DNA of 58,116 bases, filler included, from Sphacelaria rigidula (lineage: Eukaryota), in NCBI GenBank assembly GCA_964200075.2. It is 8 parts of 8 records of this genome, joined end to end, with 100 filler letters (N's around TTAATTAATTAA, not from the genome) between each part and the next. Parts side by side here need not be neighbours in the genome. Positions count along the whole stretch, not along the records: positions 43,663 to 50,839 come from CAXNAA020016125.1; positions 50,940 to 58,116 come from CAXNAA020016126.1; 6 more parts are not named here. One strand, written 5' to 3'. A program made the position numbers and the translations under genes. Of this stretch, positions 49,873 through 58,116 are shown piece by piece. Below the pieces are notes generated by a model. The model made no database searches and had not been told where the DNA came from. It was given only the letters and a program-made list of their open reading frames with translations. Positions within the stretch are counted from its first letter, which is position 1. Each line of letters begins with the position of its first letter.

Positions 49873-51112
49873 CTGTCCACGACAAGATGCATACACATTG
49901 GCGCAAGCATGCAAACACGTACAGTTTGTGGTTTTCACCATCGAAAAGGTATCTGGTACGATGAGCGTGAGGGAAGTCGTTCTACAGCTTGTTCTGGAAT
50001 ATGACAATTGTATGTACTTGATCGGGTTGGATTTTTTCCAGGCTAGGTCCAAGGGTGGAGGCAAAGAGCAGGGAAACGACGTGTGATACGACACATGTAC
50101 GTACTTGGACACGCCAACACTTCGTGGTATATTCCATAATTGGTTGGTTGGTTGACTGATTGTCGTCGCACTTTATATGACCCCCCAGGTAGTCATGATC
50201 CAGCCTTGGTCATTATCCACATGATGGACGTACACATGGTGGAAACAAAATGGGAGCATTCGCTACAGAGAGGTGAAGGCAACAGAGAGGTAGGACAGGG
50301 CAGACAACCAAAAGAAATGAAAGGGGAAAAAAACCCCGAAAGATCAGAACAAAACAACTAGAAATGGTCGGCCTATGCCGCATAGATATATATCAAAATA
50401 TGTATTTTATAAATCAAGATGTGAAAAAAATGAAAGGCAGTCAGGTTTCGAAGCAGTATCTCGTCCACCACTGACGGTAGCCCTACCCTCTCCAAGTATG
50501 ATTTGGTGTGGCACGAACATCGGGGGGAAAAAATGTGTGTTACAATCAAATCGGTTGGTATCCAACCCACGTCATGAAGACCCTTGAAGTGAATGAAAAG
50601 AGAAGACGAAGACGAAGACGAATCAAAGTTGCAGTCGCATCAATGCAGTATCTCGTCCACTACCATACAGGCTGGTTCACGGTAATCACCCCAACATTGT
50701 GTCATCAGCAAGTGCCTTCCGCAATACGCACCCAATAGTCGCATATATGGTATCATACTGACCGCAATGAAGAAAAGAAGAGGGTGACATAGCTGGATTT
50801 TTGTTCAAGGCCGTAGCGGTGGCGCTATGGACGAAAATGNNNNNNNNNNNNNNNNNNNNNNNNNNNNNNNNNNNNNNNNNNNNTTAATTAATTAANNNNN
50901 NNNNNNNNNNNNNNNNNNNNNNNNNNNNNNNNNNNNNNNATGGGTCCCAAGATATAGAGTTTTTCCCGCCAGGTGCCTTAAGCGTATCTTAATTGGTACA
51001 TTTCCCCCTACACTGGCTCCTCGCAAGTAGCTTTACCACTATAGTGCAAGCCTCTGCTTAACTGCCCAGTGAAACAGTGCCGTGCCAGGGAATAATTTCC
51101 AACAGGTTGTGA

Positions 51113-51250
51113 GCCTTCGATTCGCGACCACACAGGTCAACAGGCTATCAGCCTCGCTTCGCGACCACACAGGCCAACAGGTGCCTTCGTTTCGCGACCA
51201 CCTAGGTCTTCAGGTCATCAGCCTTTGAGTCAAGACTACACCGGTCAGCA
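51113..51250. repeat. ~35-bp minisatellite x4
   Basis: GCCTTCG.TTCGCGACCAC..AGG repeated; last unit degenerate. Confidence 0.75.
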
Positions 51251-54200
51251 CGAGCGAGAAGGTGTCATATCAAGGTCGCCACAGCAGCGACAATCAAGAG
51301 AAACATGACACCAATATATGTGGGGCGGGTAATACGTGTGGAGTCTCAGGGTGGCAACATATATTACGCCGGCAATATATCGCCGTATTCCAGTATGATC
51401 GACCAATATATTTTGGAAACTTATTCTACTGTCCAGGGCGTGATACTTTGTCAATCCATATGCTGACGGTCTGCCTGAAAATCCGACGAGAGGAGGCTGG
51501 CGAGTCGGTGTGAGCTCGGGTACGAGTGAGTGCACGTTGTATTCCCCCCAGCGACCAATTGCCTGAAGGTTGCGCTGAACACCCGGCGCTTGACAACGAA
51601 GAGCCATGTTTCCCGCCGATCAGGAAGGAATACGTGGATCAGAAACATCATGTATTGCTTGCATCACGAGAAACGTATGCTCTTAGAGTTGGTGCAAAAA
51701 GGGAACAATCGTTTCACCGTACCCGAGAACATCTGTGAGTTGGTCGTTACGAGATGTGCGGTAAGTACGCTGGTGCGGGACGGATGGTTCGGGTGCCTTA
51801 GTTGCCGATGCTGCTCCTTGATGAAGCTGTGCGCTTCGCCCGAGTACGATATAAAGTGTTCCTTATTGACGAGGTTCGAAGATAATCCAGACTATGTTGC
51901 TCCAAATCGTGAACCTCCTGCTCGGGTATACCTTCCGACATCATTTTGAAAGTTCACTACACTGGGGAGTGGATAGGAGCCCTCTCTTGTCCATGGCACA
52001 GCGATGCGTGGCATGTTCATACTGCCGTACGAGTTTCTCGAACCTCCTGCTCGGGTATGCCTTCCGACATCATTTTGAAAGTACACTACACTGGGGAGTG
52101 GATAGGAGCCCTCTCTTGTCCATGGCGCAGCGATGCGTGGCATGTTGATACTGCCGTACGAGTTGCAAATACCAGTAGGCATAGTTTATTGCATCCGTTG
52201 CCCTGGCGGAAGTGTGCAGAGTAGGATTGACCGATTCTTCCGGATGACTTATCAATGCCGTTGTGCTTGTCCTGGCACGGGTGGCAACACACGACTGGTT
52301 GTTGTCGCTGAAGCATTCCGGGCGACCACTGTGATCATGGTATGTCTTGCCATTCTCGTGCATGAATGCACCGTTGTTGTTGTGTCTTTTGTGGCAAGGG
52401 TATCAAGTCCTGTACAGATGGTCGTCACACTGCATCCCTTCGATAGATAGGTTCCACATCGCGTGTCTTGTTCATGGTATACTCTGTCCATAATTGGATG
52501 TAAGATTCGTTTTCCAGAGTTACGTGTTATCGCTGGATTTCGGCAAGGAGTATTTCGCAGTGTTGCTCGAGTGTTACCATATATATATATATATATGTAT
52601 GAGCGTTTTGGAGTGCCGATGCGAAGCTTTCCTGCCGAAATGAGTTTGGTCAGTTTGTGAACAGCTGTGGTTGCTGCCCCGGGCCATCAAGTGTTGTTTG
52701 CGCCCCGCTTGTTGTTACAGATTTGTTTCGCTTTTTCGTGGGGATCGAAGCGGGAGCCGAACCTGGAACGTTGTCGTCACCCCACCGTTAGGGGTACAGC
52801 ATCGACCTTCACGCGGGTGGAGAATAGATTTGTCTACGACACAGTATGAGACAGGGTTTTATAGTCAAGGAGAGTGGAGTCTGTGGGGTTCGTTCGCTGT
52901 ATACCTCTCCTGGAATGACCTTGGCCGTGACATCGATCTCCAACACACACAAACACACACTAGGCGTAGTATCAACAGGCTGATTCGGATACAAGATGAA
53001 TTGTTTCTAGTCCATTGCCGCCAAGCTGGTACGCAGGGTGGCTTCGGCCGGTGGATTCGGAACTGGATGGTCGATGTCATATCATGTGTGGGGACATGTG
53101 CGCTACCCCGTCCTCACGGCGCACATGCATATCCCGACGAAATGGTGGCCGTGCTTGGCCACTAATCCCTACTACGACCAAGCGGTACAGGTCTGACCGT
53201 TTGGAAGAAACTCCGTTGCGTCTGGACCGAACGCCTGGATCTCGATGCATGTGTGAAGAATCAGGGGGGCTATCGGGGTCTGTATTCATAACCTGCAAGC
53301 AGTTATCTTCTGCGGGTTGCAATCGGGGCATCTGCAAAGTCACAGCAGGTCATTCCGCTTCCTATTGGAGGACAAGCGTGGCAGATGAGGTGATGCACTG
53401 TTTTGTTCGTTTACTGCGTCGTGTGTTGACCCTGTCGTATCGTGGTCGTCACAGGAGCCACACTGGGACGGGTTGGGAGTTATAGCCAACATCGCAGACC
53501 TTCAACGGCTGGCTGACAGACCACGACATGACGCTCGTCTTATTCTGTGGACTTTTGTACGTGTCAAGTCCTGCGGCGTGCAAGCGAGAGAAGCATGTGT
53601 GGTCGGATCAAGCGGGACACGGCCATCTGCTACCCGCCCAGTTGTATCCTTACGGTTATAATGTCATGTCCTTCCCAACCTCGCTCATCGAACGTAGAGC
53701 AATCTACTATCGCACCCCCTAATACCCCCCACTCCCCAATACCCCCGTACCGGCAGGTGCCAGTGGTCTGAGCGGCTAATTCCGACTTTGTACGAGACTG
53801 CAGATATCACGGAATCACACGCGGCCGCTGGAGGCGTCAGCATCGCCATAGTCAACTGCGTGGAGGAAAAGCAGTTGTGCGCTTGCTTCACAGCAATGAC
53901 AAGAAAGCGTTTGTTGTTGTTGTTGTTGTTGTAATGATCTATACTCACCAGGCTCGTCGAACGCCCCCATATGTCATTCTCGTTCCGTGTATGATAGGCG
54001 TTCCCAACAATGAAGGTTTCCCTGGGAGATGAGCTCCAGACTCCGGACTACACGGATGACCGCACCGTTACTGCGTTGTCTTCATACCTCCTTGACGTCG
54101 CTACGGTGAGTCTTGAAATCAAACCGACATGCTGTTTGAAACGATATATTTACATGTATGTATCATTCCACATGTTTCACCACTTTTGCCGATTGTTCTC

Positions 54201-54358
54201 TGTCGGCAAGGCATTTTCCCCCACGCTTTCTTTTGCAGCGCACTGAGAAGGCTCAGCGGTACATTACCGTTCAGGTTTTGGCGTCATATGATTCCTGTGG
54301 CGCGTGTTCTGGCCACCGAAAGTCGCTCAAACTGACCCTTTTTCGCGGGATGTCGATC

Positions 54359-54507
54359 CCGAACCACGAAAGCCTCTTCAAGATCACGGCAAAGTTGAAA
54401 CAGGAACCCAAACCACGAAAGCCTGTTGAAGACCATGCGAAACTTGAATTAAACAGGAAACCGAACCACAAAAGCCTGTTGAAGATCTTGCACAAGTTGA
54501 AGCAGGA
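54359..54507. repeat. ~50-bp tandem repeat x3
   Basis: CCRAACCACRAAAGCCT.TT.AAGA...CAGGA three times. Confidence 0.75.
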
Positions 54508-54791
54508 TTACTTTTGGCGGGGTATTTTCCCCGCGTGTTTCTCTTTGTCGTGTTCTCGTTCATTTGGGAGCACAAATACACCAGTTATGCCGCCAATGTC
54601 ACGAGAACATGAGAGCAAAGCAGTTAAAAACAATTGAACATTGCCTTGGCCTTAGTCAGCAGCAAGCACAAGACCGTACAATGGGCCATTGGCGAGTTGA
54701 ACAAAGCACAGCAGCACGGCAGCGCAGGAATGTTTTGCCGCAAGAAACAATCACCCTGTTTGAAAAAAAGGCCCGGTCATGTGGAAGCCAG

Positions 54792-55039
54792 GACACTTTC
54801 TACGATAGCCCCCCCCCCAAAAAAGTGCATGGTTTTGGGGGCAAAATCTTCACGTATTTCGAAAGGGGAAAAGTCGAGCACAACGAGAAGCTGGGAATTT
54901 CCACGCTTAGGTAGGCTCTAGCCGATGTCGCCAATATGAGGCGCTTCGTGCAGCCTGAACCCGAAGATCAAGCACTGTATGGCCATTTTTTCGTGACACT
55001 TTTAGCTGGTTTTGGGGAGGGGCTATCGTAGAAAGTGCC
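54792..55039. mobile_element. GACACT-TIR MITE, full copy
   Basis: GACACTTTCTACGATAGCCCC / GGGGCTATCGTAGAAAGTGCC; flanks CCAG / TCAG. Confidence 0.8.
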
Positions 55040-56343
55040 TCAGAGTGATGTACGAAGAACATGCCAAGAATGTTCCACGCATTCCATCTTTTCGGGGAGT
55101 GTCTCCCGCTGCCATGTCTTTGTGGCACGAGAGGTACTTTGTACTCTGGCACCTCGGGTATACCACACATGTCCTACGCCGGCGGTTCCGCCGTCGGCCT
55201 CCGTCCGGATTCCCATATTTCTGAACGACATCCGATTATATATGCGATGTTTTGTACAGCCACGATCACTACTGTACATTGAGATACAACAGTAGCTTCT
55301 CTTGACAATATATTTTCGACTTGTGTCACTCCCGTGAGGCCCGTACCGACCTCCCGAAGGGGGACCTTGTGTATATAATATACGCTGGAAACCCATTGTA
55401 CTGTCCAGGGCGTGATACTTTGTCAATCCATATGCTGACGGTCTGCCTGAAAATCCGACGAAACGAGGCTGGCGAGTCGGTGTAAGCGCGGGTATGAGTG
55501 AGTGCACGTTGTGTTTCCGCCAGCGACCGTTTGTCTGAAGGTTGCGCTGAACACTCGGCGCTTGACAACGAAGAGTTATGTTTCCCGCCGATTAGGAAGG
55601 AGTACTTGGATCAAAACCATGATGTCTCGCTTGCATCACGAGTAACTTATCCTTTTAGAGTTGGTGTAGAAAGGAAACAATCGTTTTTACGTACCCGAGA
55701 ACATACGTGAGTCGGTCGGGTCCGAGACGTGCGGGGACGCTGGTGCGGGACGGATGGTTCGGGTGCCTTGGTTACCGTTGCTGCTCCTTGATGAAGCCGT
55801 GCGCTTTGCCCGAGTACGATATACAGTGGTCCCTATTGTCGAGTTTCAAAAATAGCCCAGACAAGATTGCTCCAAATCGTAAACTCCTGCTCGGGTATAC
55901 CGTCCGACATCATTTTGAAAGTACACTACACTGGGGAGTGGATAGGAGCACTCTATGTCCGTGGCGCAGCGATGCGTGAAATGTTTCTACTGCCGCACGA
56001 GTTGCAAATACCAGTAGACATAGTTTCTTCCATCCGTTGCCCTCGCGTAAGTTTGCAGAGTAGGATTGACCGACCCTTCCGGATGGGTATCGATGCCGTT
56101 GTGCTTGTCCTGGCACGGGTGGCAACACACACGACTGGTTGTTGTGGCTGAAGCATTCCGGGCGACCACTGTGATCATGGTATGTCTTGTCATTCTCGTG
56201 CATGAGTGCACCGTTGTTGTTGTGTCTTTTGTGGCAAGGGCATCAGGTCCTCCACAGATGATTGTCCAACTGCATCCCTTCGATAGATAGGTTCCACATC
56301 GCGTGTCTTGTTCATGATATACTCTGTCCATAATTGAATGTAA

Positions 56344-58116
56344 TGTGAGGAAGGCGTATCGCTAGGGTAGACAGACTAAGGAGGAGGATGTCTTGGGGGA
56401 TGTGCTGATGCCGGAGGCACTCCAAGGCTGGCGATTATTTCCTCTTGTATATGTACGCAAGAAGTTGGGTCGGACGAGAAGTGGTCGTCAGGGTGCGAGC
56501 GGTTCCTCAGGGTATATTGGTCAGTCCTAATGTCAGGCTTTTCCTGGTATCACCACGAGTCGTCTAGTATCGTTGGTATCACAAGGTCCTCGGTAATCTG
56601 GTCCTCTCGAACCGTTCCTACCTTGTACGTGCATGCTCTGGTTCTTCATGCATGTGTGGCATCAGTCTCTGATAAGTCACTGCAAAGAGGTGACTTCCGA
56701 ATTTCCCTCCCCTTTATGCGCCTGAAGTACATCAGTACTGCGGCTGGTGGGACGAGGCGATCATCAGCTTCGCTGACGATATAACCGTAGAAGTACCTAC
56801 GAGTGACAATCATCGATTGAGTCACGCCACCACTAATCGGAAAGGTAGCCCTTCTCGATAATGTGGTATTGAGGAAATACCCCCAGTAAAATTTAGCTAC
56901 CTGTGGCCAGTAACAGTGCATGTTTTTGCAAACCCTTTAAAGTTCTGTTTCCTCTGTCAAGTAACTGTGTCATGTGAGACATGTTTCCCTCAGATGCATC
57001 TTTGCACTTTGGTGCCGCTTTGCGTCTGTCGGTCATGCATGGCTGGACACTGGGACGCTGAATGGTCCACGGGCGCCTGGGATATTTATGCCCGGGTTCT
57101 GGAATACCTTTGGTTCCGCTCACACCGGGGTAGGACTGAGTTCTCGGGTTAGCAACAAACCGGTATTTAAGATGTCAACCTATCAGCATTGTGCTCTTTT
57201 GGCTAAACACCGCCAACATGACCCTTGCTTCTTCTCATTTTGTGCCATATACCTGTGTCATGTGTGACACATTTTTTTTAAATTATGGGATGCTTGTGCA
57301 CTTCGGTGCTGGCTGCATCAGTTAGGTATACATGACTAGGCACTAGGACACTGACCGGTCCACGGGCGCTTGAGGTATTCATGCCCGGGTTCTGGGATGC
57401 TTCCGGTTCCACTGACACCGGAGTAGGACATAGTCCTCGCGTTAGTACCAAAGCGGTGGGTCTAATGTTTATCCTGCAAGCATTGTGCTCTTTGGTGAAA
57501 AATCGACATGATTTTTGCTTCTTATGATTTCGTGGCGTGAAAGTGTGTCATATTTGAAATATTTCCACGAGATGCCTTTTGCACTTTGGTGTTGGATGCA
57601 TCTGCTGTTTATACGTGCCTGGGAACTGGTACACTGATCGGTCCACGGGCGCCTGGGTTATTTATGTCCGGGTTCTGATATGCCTTCGGTTCCGCTGACA
57701 CCAGAGTAGGAGAAAGTCCTCGCGTTAGTAATAAAGCGGTGGGTATGACGTTTATCTCGCGAGCATTGTGTGTTCTTTGGTTAAACATCATCGACATGTG
57801 TAAGGAAGGCGTATCGCTAGAGTAGTCAGAGACCTACAGGGGAAGACTGCCGTCCTGATGCCGAAAGAACGCCGAGGCTGGCGATGATTTCCTCTTTTAT
57901 ATGTAGGCCTCGGGGATGTTAGACCGTCCTACATTAGGCTCTTCCTGGCATCACCCGGAGTTGTCTAGTTACGTCGGCATTACAGGGTCCTCGATGATCT
58001 GGTCTCTCCGGAACGTTCCTACCTCGTCCCTGCTTGCACTGGGTCTGTATACATGTGGCGTGCCATCAGTCTCTGATATGTCACTGCAAAGAGATAACTC
58101 CCATATATCCCCCCCC
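56344..58116 (+). mobile_element. Two diverged LTR-like sequences (56344-~56710 and 57799->58116)
   Basis: Both start TGTRAGGAAGGCGTATCGCTAG, stay collinear to CATCAGTCTCTGATAWGTCACTGCAAAGAG, and each abruptly truncates a different repeat. Confidence 0.55.
56966..57798. repeat. ~290-bp diverged tandem repeat, ~2.9 copies
   Basis: Units start at ~56966, 57254 and 57545 with shared GGTCCACGGGCGC, CCGGGTTCTG, GGTTCC, GTAGGA and AGCATTGTG. Confidence 0.85.

Larger units (their letters stand above)
51414..56343. repeat. Diverged ~1-kb direct repeat (51414-52503 and 55386-56343); first copy has an internal ~129-bp tandem duplication (51911-52165)
   Basis: Collinear from TGGAAAC..TACTGTCCAGGGCGTGATAC to TACTCTGTCCATAATTG.ATGTAA. 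Confidence 0.9.

Noticed and set aside
51113-54507. Short repeat arrays as CRISPR
   Set aside because: Eukaryotic context, degenerate units without unique spacers, no cas genes.

Overview
This is not a contiguous locus. It is eight 7,177-bp fragments (1-7177, 7278-14454, 14555-21731, 21832-29008, 29109-36285, 36386-43562, 43663-50839, 50940-58116) joined by N44-TTAATTAATTAA-N44 linkers. The DNA is eukaryotic, intron-rich and repeat-rich, with (CCCTAA)n telomere-type repeats and many poly-G/C runs. I infer a stramenopile, most likely a brown alga, and shared repeat families suggest one genome. Recognisable host genes: 11 phase-compatible exons of a class-V PLP aminotransferase (SufS/cysteine desulfurase-like), two exons of an ABCC/MRP transporter, and one CBS-domain exon of the CNNM/CorC family. 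Mobile DNA: a decayed Ty1/Copia element, an internally deleted Helitron in the ABCC intron, a frameshifted Academ/DUF6589-like transposase gene, a tRNA-derived SINE, and several MITE families (Mutator-, hAT-, piggyBac- and Ginger-like). The most unusual signal is a family of tiny 40-68 bp insertions with a fixed 3' end (...RAGTAC+1 nt), variable 5' ends and variable-length target-site duplications that begin in a poly(C) run. This looks like the footprint of a poly(C)-targeting retroelement. Also notable are a Ginger-like MITE carrying telomeric repeats and two near-perfect TSD-less hairpins that could be miRNA precursors. All calls were made by eye, with no database searches.
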